Source: Alphaproteobacteria bacterium (GTDB lineage: Bacteria; Pseudomonadota; Alphaproteobacteria; Bin95). From it: a stretch of DNA of 64,000 nucleotides. The DNA is taken from NCBI GenBank assembly GCA_965205265.1, contig CBDBGH010000003.1:4960001-5024000 (forward strand), read 5' to 3'. A program made the translations under genes and the position numbers. Below the pieces are notes generated by a model that was not told the origin of the DNA, searched no databases, and saw nothing but the letters and a program-made list of their open reading frames with translations. Below are positions 19,464 through 28,614 of the stretch, piece after piece (position 1 is the first letter of the stretch; each line of letters opens with the position of its first letter).

Positions 19464-20120
19464 ATGACCCTGAAATATCCGAAGACCCCCTATTGGCCGT
19501 GGTCGCCGAGTGTCGCGCGCGGCGATGCCGTTCATGCCGACCCCGGGCGCTTTGTCGGCCTGCCGGTCGTGGTGACCGAGAAACTCGACGGCGGCAACAC
19601 GCTGCTGCATGGCGGCGAGGTCTATGCGCGCAGCGTCTCGGCCCCTTCGGACGGCAAGTGGATGGCGATGGTGAAGAAGCACCATGCCTGGAAAGTGACG
19701 GGCCCGGACGTGTTCCTCTATGGGGAGGACATCTACGGCACACACAGCATCGTCTATGAACCGGTTCGCGAGGATCGGACCTTCTACGCCTTCGCGCTGC
19801 GCGACCGCGCGGGCGGTTTTGCGTCCTTTGACGATTTGCGGGCCTACGCGGACAGCCTGGAGATGGCCACGGTGCCGGTGCTGTTCGAGGGGCGGTTCGG
19901 GAGCCTCGGCGAGATGCAGGCGTTCATGGAGGCCGAACAGGCGAAGCCATCCGCTCTCGGCGGGGAACGCGAGGGTCTCGTGCTCCGCATGGCCGGGGCG
20001 TTCCCTGCGGCGGATTTCCCGCTCAATGTCTGCAAGAGTGTCCGGCAGGACCATGTGCAGAGCGACGAGCACTGGCGGCGCAACTGGAAGCCGTGCCGGA
20101 TTCTGGGGATCGGGCGATGA
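19464..20120 (+). CDS. RNA ligase family nucleotidyltransferase
   Basis: KYPKTPYWPWSP, motif I VTEKLDGGNT, YGED, FYAF, REGLV. Confidence 0.88.
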   Translation: MTLKYPKTPYWPWSPSVARGDAVHADPGRFVGLPVVVTEKLDGGNTLLHGGEVYARSVSAPSDGKWMAMVKKHHAWKVTGPDVFLYGEDIYGTHSIVYEPVREDRTFYAFALRDRAGGFASFDDLRAYADSLEMATVPVLFEGRFGSLGEMQAFMEAEQAKPSALGGEREGLVLRMAGAFPAADFPLNVCKSVRQDHVQSDEHWRRNWKPCRILGIGR

Positions 20121-20470
20121 ATGCGAGGCCCAGGCGCCCCGGTGCAGGGGGCGGCAGCGCCGCCAGGGACCTGACACCCGACGAGCGTTATGGCGACCCA
20201 CCCCGGAAGCGGCTCAGGCGCGAGGTGGCCGGCTATCCGCTCTCGGTCGACTTCCACTGCCCGCACTGCGAGGCAGGGTTTCACGGGGCCTCCGGGCGAC
20301 GGGTCGGACGGATGGCGGCTACCGTGGACCGGCATATCGTTGCCTGTGCCGCGATTACGGGCATTGCCCGCCATTTCGGCATTTCATACGAGGCGGCGAA
20401 ACTGAAGCGCGAGAAGCTCTGGCGGGAATACCGGGCCGAGGCGGTTGGCGGGTCCGGGAGGCTTTTGTGA
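20117..20470 (+). CDS. hypothetical protein with CxxC
   Basis: ATGA coupling to the RNA ligase; HCPHC. Confidence 0.55.
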   Translation: MNARPRRPGAGGGSAARDLTPDERYGDPPRKRLRREVAGYPLSVDFHCPHCEAGFHGASGRRVGRMAATVDRHIVACAAITGIARHFGISYEAAKLKREKLWREYRAEAVGGSGRLL

Positions 20471-20500
20471 GGGAAGTCGGGGAATGACGGGAGCGGAACC

Positions 20501-20896
20501 GTGACCGTGCGCTACGGGGTCAAGGTTGCACACTGGGACCTGGCGCTCGGGGCGGAGCACTACTACGCCACGATCTGGCGTTACGACCCGGATCCGCCGG
20601 AAGGGGAGGAGGGGATCGAACGCGAGGACGTCCGGTTCGAATTGAGCGCCGCGGCCGCCGCTCGTCTGAACCGGAAGGACGCCGATGGCATCCTTGGCCA
20701 GTGGGAGGCTTTCTACAAGCCTGGAGATACGACCAACCGGTTTGATACTCCGGGCGAGGCCCTGGAAGCCGGCATTGCCGCGCTCAGGCGGAAATACGGC
20801 GACGGAATCAGGATCGAAAAGGGCGACTTCCACCGTGACAACAGTATTGTCTGGCCTCGGGCGGAAGAAGGGGAACTTCGACATGCCCGTGGCTGA
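20501..20896 (+). CDS. hypothetical protein
   Basis: 131-aa ORF with an RBS, collinear in the operon. Confidence 0.6.
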   Translation: MTVRYGVKVAHWDLALGAEHYYATIWRYDPDPPEGEEGIEREDVRFELSAAAAARLNRKDADGILGQWEAFYKPGDTTNRFDTPGEALEAGIAALRRKYGDGIRIEKGDFHRDNSIVWPRAEEGELRHARG

Positions 20897-21956
20897 TCGC
20901 AAGACGGAGGATTTGCGGTTCAGGGGCGGTCTGGCAGTGCTCGAGCGTCTTGCGATGCCGTTCGCAAGTCTGGAAAGCACGGAGGTGGCAAGGCTGCTCG
21001 GCGCGAAGGGTCCGAAAGGGATCGGCTCCGCCTTTCATAGTCTTCGGTCCACACTCGAAAATCGTGGCATTGCCTTCCACGAGGCGGTCCGGCGTGAGCC
21101 GGGCCGGGCCGGGTCGGTCTGGACTGCCGGGCCGCGGATCGAACAGGCCCGGCACGTCGCCGGCCTGGAGTGGCGGCTCCATGAGGATCCGGCGGCGTTC
21201 TGGGACGGGGTTCCGATGGAAACGCCCGGTCCGGCTCATGTCGGTCCGGTTCTGGTGCTGCGCGCGCTTCACAGTGCCGGAGAGATTTTCGCCTTTCCGA
21301 ACTTCACGACTCTCGTGGACGTGGTTGATGACCGGTCTGTCGTGAATATACCCGCCGACCACAGGGTCAGGTTCCTCGGAGAGGTATTCATTCACCGTAT
21401 TGAGCCCGGCCATGACGGGGCCTTTCACAGGGTGCCGGAGGGATATGGCGAGAACGGGCTCTGGATTCGCGGAGGCCATGACTTTTGCGATGAGGGGCGG
21501 GTGTGGGATCCCGGGTGCGACGCCGCTCTTCAAGGGGGCGAAGTCTATGCCCTGGTCTGCGATATGTTCTGGATCGAGCGCCGCGTGGCGTTGGTTGACG
21601 CGGTTCGGCAATGGGAGAGGGCGGCCGTCGGGGCGGTGCACGATCAGGAGCACTGGAAGCCGATACGGCCGGGGGAGAGGTTCCGGACTGTCGGGTGGAT
21701 ATCGCGCGATATCCTGAAGGGGCGGCGTCCGCCGCCCGTGTTCCTGCGGACGAGATTCTGGCATGACGTCCATATCGTCACGGACGGTGGCCGGCGGACC
21801 GTGTTGCGCGAGGAAGGCATTCGTGGCGACGTCGATCGCACTGCTGTCAGGGCGGTCATGCGCTGGCGTCGGAAAAGGCGCTCGCGTTCCGGCATGCGGG
21901 TCACAATTCGGAGTGTCGGGGTCTCCCCTCGACAACCCAGACCGCTGAAGGTGTAG
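20883..21956 (+). CDS. hypothetical protein, possible N-terminal wHTH
   Basis: Long ORF overlapping the upstream stop; STEVARLLGAKGPKGIG. Confidence 0.55.
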   Translation: MPVADRKTEDLRFRGGLAVLERLAMPFASLESTEVARLLGAKGPKGIGSAFHSLRSTLENRGIAFHEAVRREPGRAGSVWTAGPRIEQARHVAGLEWRLHEDPAAFWDGVPMETPGPAHVGPVLVLRALHSAGEIFAFPNFTTLVDVVDDRSVVNIPADHRVRFLGEVFIHRIEPGHDGAFHRVPEGYGENGLWIRGGHDFCDEGRVWDPGCDAALQGGEVYALVCDMFWIERRVALVDAVRQWERAAVGAVHDQEHWKPIRPGERFRTVGWISRDILKGRRPPPVFLRTRFWHDVHIVTDGGRRTVLREEGIRGDVDRTAVRAVMRWRRKRRSRSGMRVTIRSVGVSPRQPRPLKV

Positions 21957-21974
21957 CGGCAGGAGGAGAAGATC

Positions 21975-22379
21975 ATGCGGCAGTCGTGGGAGTTGGCCAT
22001 TCCGGACTTCCAAAGCGAAGAGGACCCTGAGGAGAAGGGCTTCGCCGTCCGTATCCACTATGGCGAACCGGATGCGGCAGGCCGACAGGAAACCGTTGAA
22101 CTGCGTGTCGCAGGCGATGTCGGCCGCGACGACCCGCTATGGTCGATGTTGCGCGGCGCGGCGTTGCGCATGTTCGCGGCCGGGGCCATGTATTCGGCGC
22201 TTGAGACATTCGTGCGCCGCCGGGAGAACGGGCAGGCGATCACCCTGGGAGATCTCGACCGGGCGGCGGAGGCCCTTCGTCAGGCGGACGGGGAGCACCT
22301 GTTCAACCGTGTTCCGTTTCCGCCGGCGCCGCCCCGGAGTCCCCGGGAAGAGGCGCCGGACGAACCTGGAGGGCCGTGA
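21975..22379 (+). CDS. hypothetical protein
   Basis: AGGAGGAG RBS; Pro-rich tail PDEPGGP. Confidence 0.65.
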   Translation: MRQSWELAIPDFQSEEDPEEKGFAVRIHYGEPDAAGRQETVELRVAGDVGRDDPLWSMLRGAALRMFAAGAMYSALETFVRRRENGQAITLGDLDRAAEALRQADGEHLFNRVPFPPAPPRSPREEAPDEPGGP

Positions 22380-22696
22380 ATGCACCGCTACCGGCGCAGG
22401 ACGGGGATGCAGCCGTGACAGGCGAGCGCCGGCACCGGATCGAGGTCGGCCACTATGTCTTCCGGTTCCGGAGCCGGAGGGCGGGGGCCGGGACGGTGGA
22501 GGTCGCCAATGACGAGATCGGCGAAGGCTGGTTCGAGATTGGGCTGGCGCAGGATCTCTTCGAGAACCACGCCATGCGGACCGGGCTTCATCATGCGTGG
22601 AGCGAGGGCGAGGAGATGTGGCGTGAGGTGCAGGAACTGACGCGCCTGGTTTTCGAGCGTCTGAACCGGGAATTGGAGCAGCCGTCCGATCCGTGA
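22376..22696 (+). CDS. hypothetical protein
   Basis: GTGA coupling; acidic, ends EQPSDP. Confidence 0.55.
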   Translation: MNAPLPAQDGDAAVTGERRHRIEVGHYVFRFRSRRAGAGTVEVANDEIGEGWFEIGLAQDLFENHAMRTGLHHAWSEGEEMWREVQELTRLVFERLNRELEQPSDP

Positions 22697-22714
22697 CGAC
22701 GGCATGCCGAATGG

Positions 22715-22799
22715 CAATCCGATTGTCCGATGCAATCGGATAGTGCCGATAAAACAATCGGATTGACCGGGCAAGCGGCTTACTGCTACAATCCGATTG
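22715..22799 (+). promoter_or_regulatory. five palindrome-like 11-mers (candidate parS/operator) over the parA promoter
   Basis: CAATCCGATTG 22715, CAATCGGATAG 22733, CAATCGGATTG 22755, CAAGCGGCTTA 22772, CAATCCGATTG 22789; TTGACC-N18-TACAAT. Confidence 0.8.
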
Positions 22800-22824
22800 T
22801 CACACCTGGGAATGGAGGTGACGA

Positions 22825-23517
22825 ATGCCTGTGATCGTGGTGGCTTCGCCCAAGGGCGGCGCCGGCAAGACAACGTCCGCGGTTCTGCTCGGAACGGAGT
22901 ATGCGCGGAACGGCATTGAGGTCGTGCTGATCGATTGCGACCCCAATGAATGCCTCGCGCTCTGGGCGACGAAGAAGGAGCTTCCCGCCAACATCACCCT
23001 GCTGAACGATGTCACCGAGAAGACGATCATCCGGACGATCGAGCAGTTGGACGGAGCCGGCAAGATCATCATCGTTGATCTGCAGGGAGCGGCGTCGCTC
23101 ATAATGACCCGGGCGATCTCACAGGCAGACCTGGTCCTGACGCCCATGTGTGCGACGTCGCTGGATGCGCAGGTCGGCGCCAGGGCCATCGAGCTTGTGG
23201 AGCTGGAAAAGGAAACCCTCGGTCGCGGGGTCTCCCAGGCCGTCGTGCTGACCAGGCTGCGGGCGGGGCCGGTGAGGTCCAAGATCGAGGACGGCATCGT
23301 GAGGTCCCTGCAGAATGCGGGCGTCAAGCGTATTGAGCCGTCCCTGTTCGAACGGGCGGCCTTTTCGGGCCTGTTCCAATTCGGCGGCGACCTCCACACG
23401 ATGCCGCCGCAGGGAAACATGGAAGAGGCGAAGGAGAATGCCGCAGGGTTCGCGCAAGCGGTTTTCCAGGCTCTTGCGGAGAGCGTCAGAGACCCTGAAT
23501 CAGTCGGACAGGACTAA
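22825..23517 (+). CDS. parA: ParA family ATPase (type Ib)
   Basis: Deviant Walker A SPKGGAGKTT, LIDCDPN, IIVDLQG. Confidence 0.92.
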   Translation: MPVIVVASPKGGAGKTTSAVLLGTEYARNGIEVVLIDCDPNECLALWATKKELPANITLLNDVTEKTIIRTIEQLDGAGKIIIVDLQGAASLIMTRAISQADLVLTPMCATSLDAQVGARAIELVELEKETLGRGVSQAVVLTRLRAGPVRSKIEDGIVRSLQNAGVKRIEPSLFERAAFSGLFQFGGDLHTMPPQGNMEEAKENAAGFAQAVFQALAESVRDPESVGQD

Positions 23518-23534
23518 AGGAGGTTGAAACGAAG

Positions 23535-23867
23535 ATGAGCGATGCAGCAGGTGGCACCAGCCCATACGATGTCGACCTTTTGTCCAGGTCCTCTCGTCGG
23601 AGAGTTTCCGAGGAGGAACTGGACCGGGTCGGGGAAGCCGCGGGGTTCGAGGAACGCCCGGCGCGGCGCCGGCGGCGCAACGGCAAGTCGCCGATGAAGT
23701 CGCAGGTCCATGCCTGGGTGCGTCCGGACACGCGCCGGGAAATCCAGGACGAGGCAGAATATCACGATACCACGCAGGGCATGATTATCACGAAGGCGTG
23801 GGAGCATTACAAGAAGAGCGGTCTGGCCCAGCTGCCGGGCCTCGACGCCGCGGCCGAGGGTGACTGA
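23535..23867 (+). CDS. ParG-like ribbon-helix-helix partner
   Basis: Small gene after parA; C-terminal beta-strand/helix/helix SQVHAWVRPDTRREIQDEA...QGMIITKAWEHY. Confidence 0.7.
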   Translation: MSDAAGGTSPYDVDLLSRSSRRRVSEEELDRVGEAAGFEERPARRRRRNGKSPMKSQVHAWVRPDTRREIQDEAEYHDTTQGMIITKAWEHYKKSGLAQLPGLDAAAEGD

Positions 23868-24165
23868 ACGCGGCGCGCCGGCCGAGGGCGACCTCGTATG
23901 GCGCCGGCCCAATACAGGGTTTGTGGGCCCGTCGGGCTGGGCCGTGGTCGCGGACATGCGGGAAGATCCCTGGCCATGCATATGCGGCCGTGAGGGCTGC
24001 GTCGAGATCGACACGCTGCACTGTCTTCCGGGCAATACCGAGGCCGAAGCCAGGGCGGCCCTCGACAGGGGAGAGTTCCTCGGCATGGCTTGCCACGTCG
24101 GAAGCCTCTGCGGATTGGGCGGCCCCGGAGAATGGCATCCGGACGGACACAAGCGGGAGGCATGA
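23860..24165 (+). CDS. hypothetical Cys/His-containing protein
   Basis: Overlaps the upstream stop; CICGREGC, CHV. Confidence 0.4.
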   Translation: MTERGAPAEGDLVWRRPNTGFVGPSGWAVVADMREDPWPCICGREGCVEIDTLHCLPGNTEAEARAALDRGEFLGMACHVGSLCGLGGPGEWHPDGHKREA

Positions 24166-24503
24166 ACCCGGGCCGAACCCGGCCTTCCCGAATCAGCAAC
24201 CGCAATACGTCGCGACAACTGCGCCCGCGCCTGTGAGAAGCTCTACCCGATACACGACGAAATCCGCGCCTGCCTCCCTGCAGGCCCTTCGTTTTCAGTC
24301 GGGTTCGCCAGGGATGGCGCCCTGACCGGCGGGCCCGCGTGCGAAAAACCGGTTTTCCCCATTTTTCATCGTTTGCGGCTTGAAGCCCCAACGCCTTCCG
24401 TGTCCATCTTCCTGGAACACGGCGGGTTCCGCGATTCCTCTATCAGGTCAGGAGTCTCATGAGACGGCCCGCTGCCGGTTGCAGGACAGCGGGGGAAAAG
24501 GCC

Positions 24504-24938
24504 ATGCAAAGCGTCAACATCAACGCTGGTGCCGGAAGGAACGCCCAGGGCAGGCTGCACCGCTTCGCCGGGGTGGCGGCTGTTGTCGCCGGGGCCCTGG
24601 TCTGTGGCGTCGCCGCCGCCCAGACCGGCGATGTCGGCGGCGTGGCGAACCGCGTGGCCTCGCAGTTCGATTCCCTCGCCGACCTTCTCGGGGCAGCCGC
24701 CTTCCTCGCCGGGGTCGGCTTCGTCGTGTTCGGCATCTTCAAGTTCTACAACTATTCCAAGAACCCCCAGGACCCGCAGAACAAGGTCGGCTCGGCCGTC
24801 ATGCTGGTCGTCGCCGGGGCGATGATGATCGCCGTGCCCACCGTTGCCGGCGTCGGCGTCGTCTCCATCTTCGGAACCGGTGCCGAGACCGTCTCGGTCG
24901 AACAGGGGAAGCCGAACCTCCAGTCCATCCTCAAGTAG
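24504..24938 (+). CDS. IcmD/DotP-like (DUF6750-like) type IVB secretion membrane protein
   Basis: Signal peptide plus two TMs separated by GIFKFYNYSKNPQ, resembling IcmD IMKFKQHKDNP as I recall it. Confidence 0.65.
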   Translation: MQSVNINAGAGRNAQGRLHRFAGVAAVVAGALVCGVAAAQTGDVGGVANRVASQFDSLADLLGAAAFLAGVGFVVFGIFKFYNYSKNPQDPQNKVGSAVMLVVAGAMMIAVPTVAGVGVVSIFGTGAETVSVEQGKPNLQSILK

Positions 24939-24959
24939 GATTCCAATGGAGGACGGATA

Positions 24960-26090
24960 TTGAAAGCCTTCAGCGACCTAGCCCGGCGGCTCCGCCGCCG
25001 GGGCCGGACCGGGGCCGCGCTGTTCGACGCATTGCTCGCGTTGTCGGCGTTCGCGGTGGTGGCGACGTTCGTTGTGCTCTTCATCCACCGCCAGGAGCAG
25101 GACGAGCTGGCGGAGGAGGCCGGCCGCCAGGTCGCCACCCTGGGGCACGTCGCGGCCCACTACGCCCGGACGCACTACGCCGACGTGCCCGCGACCTTTT
25201 CCCCGAATGCAAGACGGCTCCTGCCGGGCCTGCTCGAGAGCCGGGGCATCCTGCCGGAGGATTTCCCGACAACCGATGCGATGCGCCGCGATCTCCGTGT
25301 CTGGTATCGACGCGTCGGGACGCATCCGAACCACTCGAGCATCCAGGTGCTGGCGGGCCAGAGCCAGTTCGTGGGAGGCGGCGATACGCGGATTCCGCAT
25401 CGCGCGCTGTTCAGGAGCCAGGGCAGGGTGCGCCTCGGTCTTGTGCGGACGGACCCGGCTTCCTGTTCGGGACTGGGAACGACGGTGTCGCGGTGCCTGA
25501 TCGGGCCGACGGTTGCCGAAAGCCTGATGTCGGCGCCGTTCAACGCCGGCTGGATCGAGGAAGGCGCGATCATGGCCTTCTACGAAATCACCCGGGAAGA
25601 ATACTGCGGCGACCTCGTCCTGCGGGAGGCCACGGCCGTTTGCCCGAACTCGGCCGACCTCTCCGCCGATCTCGACATGACCGACAACGTGTTGAGGAGC
25701 GACGCCGGAGCGGGACAGCTGAGGGTCGGCAGCGCCGGCACCCCGTCGCGAATCACGGTCGGCAACGACATGGAAGCGGCTTCCTTGGATATAGCCATAT
25801 CGGGGACAAACCCCGGTGGCTTCGTGGTCGAAAGGGACATCATTGTCAGTGGCGCGCTAACGGTCAGCGGCGGGCTTGCCGTGTACGGCAATGTCGAGGC
25901 GGAAAACAATCTGACCGTAACGAGCACCTTCGACATCAAGGGCGACCTTGACGTGGAAGGCAGTGCGGATGCAACGACCGTTTTCGTGCGGAGGAACATG
26001 GATATCCGGGAAACGGGCGGAGAGAACCTGAATGTCGATTACCTGGGAGCCAACAACTGCACCGCCAACGGGTCGTCATGCAACGAATGA
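24960..26090 (+). CDS. PilV-like type IVb minor pilin/adhesin
   Basis: Basic leader then G/AALFDALLAL hydrophobic prepilin segment; LLESRGILPEDF; beta-helix-like Gly/Val C-terminal repeats. Confidence 0.65.
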   Translation: MKAFSDLARRLRRRGRTGAALFDALLALSAFAVVATFVVLFIHRQEQDELAEEAGRQVATLGHVAAHYARTHYADVPATFSPNARRLLPGLLESRGILPEDFPTTDAMRRDLRVWYRRVGTHPNHSSIQVLAGQSQFVGGGDTRIPHRALFRSQGRVRLGLVRTDPASCSGLGTTVSRCLIGPTVAESLMSAPFNAGWIEEGAIMAFYEITREEYCGDLVLREATAVCPNSADLSADLDMTDNVLRSDAGAGQLRVGSAGTPSRITVGNDMEAASLDIAISGTNPGGFVVERDIIVSGALTVSGGLAVYGNVEAENNLTVTSTFDIKGDLDVEGSADATTVFVRRNMDIRETGGENLNVDYLGANNCTANGSSCNE

Positions 26091-26147
26091 CCGCTTGACT
26101 GCGGGCATCCCCGGCACGGTGGCCAAATCACAGGAGGCAATCTGGCG

Positions 26148-27917
26148 ATGATGAAAATTCCCATATCGCACGGGAGTCTGCCCCGCGCGGAGCCCGGACC
26201 CGTTCCGGGTGTCCGAGGAGGCGGGCTGTCCATGCTGGCCGCGGCGTTGTGCGCGGCGGCCATGCTCGCGACCTCCCTGCCGGCCGGTCCGGCGCGGGCC
26301 GCCGACGATATCGACTGGGACAACCGCCGCGATGCGGCGCGCGCGCATGCGAGCGCCATCACGCAGGCCTGGGGCGTCCTGGCGGCCTGGATCGAGCGGG
26401 AGCCGAACACCGGCGACCCGGATCTGACACAGGCCCGTGCTCCGCATCTGTGGGAGGACGGCACCTATAGCACGGAGCTGCTGAAGGCGGTGTACGACAA
26501 CACGGACAGCGACGAGGAGGTCTGGCTCGAGAACTGGTCGGGCCGCGGGCTGTCGTTCCGGTTCTGCGACCAGACACTGGCGGTCTTTGCGGATACGGAA
26601 CTTCGGGGGACCGACATGGCCACGGTGGCCGTCGAGGGCGGGCTCCAGCTGGTCAATGGCGCCGGCACCAGGGCCGAGGGTCTCCCGCAGTCGGGATACC
26701 CGGACGCCGTCATCCCTCTCTGCATGGGCCGACTGCCTCCCGGCACGGTGGCGCTGGTCTCGGGCGCCATCGATCCATTCGGATGGAACGCAACCCAGCG
26801 CAGGAACACCCAGGAGGACTGGGAATTGGGCTGCGCGTCGCCGGCGGTCGGGCTGACGGGCACCGTCGGCTCGGTGCGCTATTCGCAGACGGTTCCGATC
26901 GAATTGCATCCCTGGAGCGGCGCGGACATGGACCGCTGGCCGGGCCCGATGGGGGATGTGGCCTCCTGCGTGGACCGGGAGTCGGGCGACCTGTTCGACT
27001 TTGCCTGGACGGATGCGGACGGCCAGTCCCGCACGCGCAACGGCGTGGAAATCCCGGAGCACGGCAAGTGCAATCCGGAGGGGGTCGGCGGGGCGGGCAA
27101 CCATCTCGTCGCAGCCGCCGTGTTCGACCCGGCGAATGTCTGCCGGACGCCGACGGAAATCGAGGGCCGCAAGGCATCGAGATGGCACTTCTTCGACACG
27201 CTGTGCGCCGAGGCCGAAGCCGACGGCACGGCGCGAGATTCGAGCGTTTTCTTCGATGCCTCGGATTATGTCGGGACACCGTCACCGTCTCCCCTGACAC
27301 CGACGCCGCCGGCGTGCCGGTATGTTGCGGGCGGTGAAGGCGCGTCGTCTGCAAGCGGTTGCGGCTGCCCGTCCGCATACCGGCACGACCCCTATGCGGC
27401 GGCCGGCCGGAAGATCCGCAAGCACCGTATGGTCTGGAAGCAGGCCGGGAACGTGGTCGGCGCCGGTTCCTCCAGCTGGTCGGAGGCGCGCCAGCGCCTG
27501 CATCCGGATGCGGGCGGCGGCCCGACCGCCGACTGCGTCCGGCAGAACTTCGCGGACTGCTACAAGCTGGTGACCATTGCCTGCACCAGCGCCGAGGCAG
27601 CAAGCGTGTGGGGGATTGACCAAAGCATCAGCTACTCGGTCACCCAGCACACCGGTTACCGGGCACAAATAGCGAGGCCGGGGTCGCTCCTCGGCACTTC
27701 AGGGATAGAAGGCATCGACTGGGATTGGGGCAACCTGCCGCCGCAGACCCTCTCCGGGACCGCGACCGTCACCGGTAGCCTGGTCAAGCGGGTGTACCAC
27801 CCCCACAGCGGCGGCAGGGAGACGATCGACTCGAACACCTGCACATATGTGACGGGGCTCAGCGGCTCCGACGGCTGCAATTGGGGCGGTATGAGCGAGG
27901 ACGGCACCTGCATCTGA
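26148..27917 (+). CDS. secreted Cys-rich protein, candidate adhesin
   Basis: Signal peptide ending ARA/AD; many Cys; downstream of the PilV-like gene. Confidence 0.65.
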   Translation: MMKIPISHGSLPRAEPGPVPGVRGGGLSMLAAALCAAAMLATSLPAGPARAADDIDWDNRRDAARAHASAITQAWGVLAAWIEREPNTGDPDLTQARAPHLWEDGTYSTELLKAVYDNTDSDEEVWLENWSGRGLSFRFCDQTLAVFADTELRGTDMATVAVEGGLQLVNGAGTRAEGLPQSGYPDAVIPLCMGRLPPGTVALVSGAIDPFGWNATQRRNTQEDWELGCASPAVGLTGTVGSVRYSQTVPIELHPWSGADMDRWPGPMGDVASCVDRESGDLFDFAWTDADGQSRTRNGVEIPEHGKCNPEGVGGAGNHLVAAAVFDPANVCRTPTEIEGRKASRWHFFDTLCAEAEADGTARDSSVFFDASDYVGTPSPSPLTPTPPACRYVAGGEGASSASGCGCPSAYRHDPYAAAGRKIRKHRMVWKQAGNVVGAGSSSWSEARQRLHPDAGGGPTADCVRQNFADCYKLVTIACTSAEAASVWGIDQSISYSVTQHTGYRAQIARPGSLLGTSGIEGIDWDWGNLPPQTLSGTATVTGSLVKRVYHPHSGGRETIDSNTCTYVTGLSGSDGCNWGGMSEDGTCI

Positions 27918-28007
27918 TGCAGGCCGGAATCGCTCGCGGAATGTCCGTGCGGCATTCGCACCCCCCCTTTGCACACGCACCGCGCTTCCCACAGGACAGG
28001 AAGGAGC

Positions 28008-28115
28008 ATGAAATATTTCGAAGAAGATGACGGCGGCGGCATGGCGCTCGCCGCGCCGCCGGGGTACCGGAGTGTCAGTTGGATGCCGCTAGGGAATTTC
28101 TCGTCAGGCCGGTAG
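28008..28115 (+). CDS. 35-aa small ORF ahead of the paralog array
   Basis: AGGAAGGAG RBS, then MKYFEEDDGGGMALAAPPGYRSVSWMPLGNFSSGR. Confidence 0.35.
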   Translation: MKYFEEDDGGGMALAAPPGYRSVSWMPLGNFSSGR

Positions 28116-28583
28116 GCTGCGGGAGGCGGAGCGCCCCCGCACCGAGAAGGGCAACAGGGAGGCCGGGGCGATGGACGAGGATGAAAGGAGGGCGCTCAGA
28201 AGGTCCCTGAACGAGTCCGCGGTTGCCCACAACCTGGCGGTCGTTCTGCGGCACATGAAGGAGGCCGGTCTCGAGGAGATCGAGGTCGGCTTCATCGGGC
28301 GCTATGGGGAGGAGGACTGGCATACGTTGGAGGGGCACCCTTCCAGTGTCGAGCCGGAGGGCGAGGTGCGGGGAATCCGCTACGTCCGCAACCGGGAATG
28401 GACCCCGTCCCTGATCGAACTCGATCCCATGGAGTTCTGGGACGCGGTCGGGTTCCTCTGCGACGAGTTGCTGTGGCTCGAGCAGCCGGGCTGGAACCGG
28501 GAGGAGGGCAGTTCGGGGACGATCCATATCGGCGAGAGCGGCTATACGCTCGAGCTGGAGACGATGTCCTCCGGCAAGAGGGT
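28011..28583. repeat. 573-bp direct repeat, copy 1 (IS1634 target duplication)
   Basis: Matches 30500-31072 at offset 2489 and abuts the IS inverted repeat. Confidence 0.92.
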
Positions 28584-28614
28584 CCTGACTTCGACGGTTG
28601 ATTCGCATAAGTAG
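28171..28614 (+). CDS. DUF6878-like paralog, duplicated copy with an IS-derived C-terminus
   Basis: Identical to 30660..31133 up to SGKRV, then LTSTVDSHK read from the IS end. Confidence 0.8.
   Translation: MDEDERRALRRSLNESAVAHNLAVVLRHMKEAGLEEIEVGFIGRYGEEDWHTLEGHPSSVEPEGEVRGIRYVRNREWTPSLIELDPMEFWDAVGFLCDELLWLEQPGWNREEGSSGTIHIGESGYTLELETMSSGKRVLTSTVDSHK

Noticed and set aside
22715-22799. Short repeats as a CRISPR array or replication iterons
   Set aside because: Repeats are 11 bp with 6-11 bp gaps, no cas or rep gene is nearby, and they overlap the parA promoter
24345-24356. Perfect palindrome AAAACCGGTTTT upstream of the icmD-like gene
   Set aside because: Single occurrence with no supporting copies; cannot be distinguished from chance
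24960-27917. Shufflon next to the PilV-like gene
   Set aside because: No repeated sfx-like sites, inverted cassettes or Rci recombinase seen in the window
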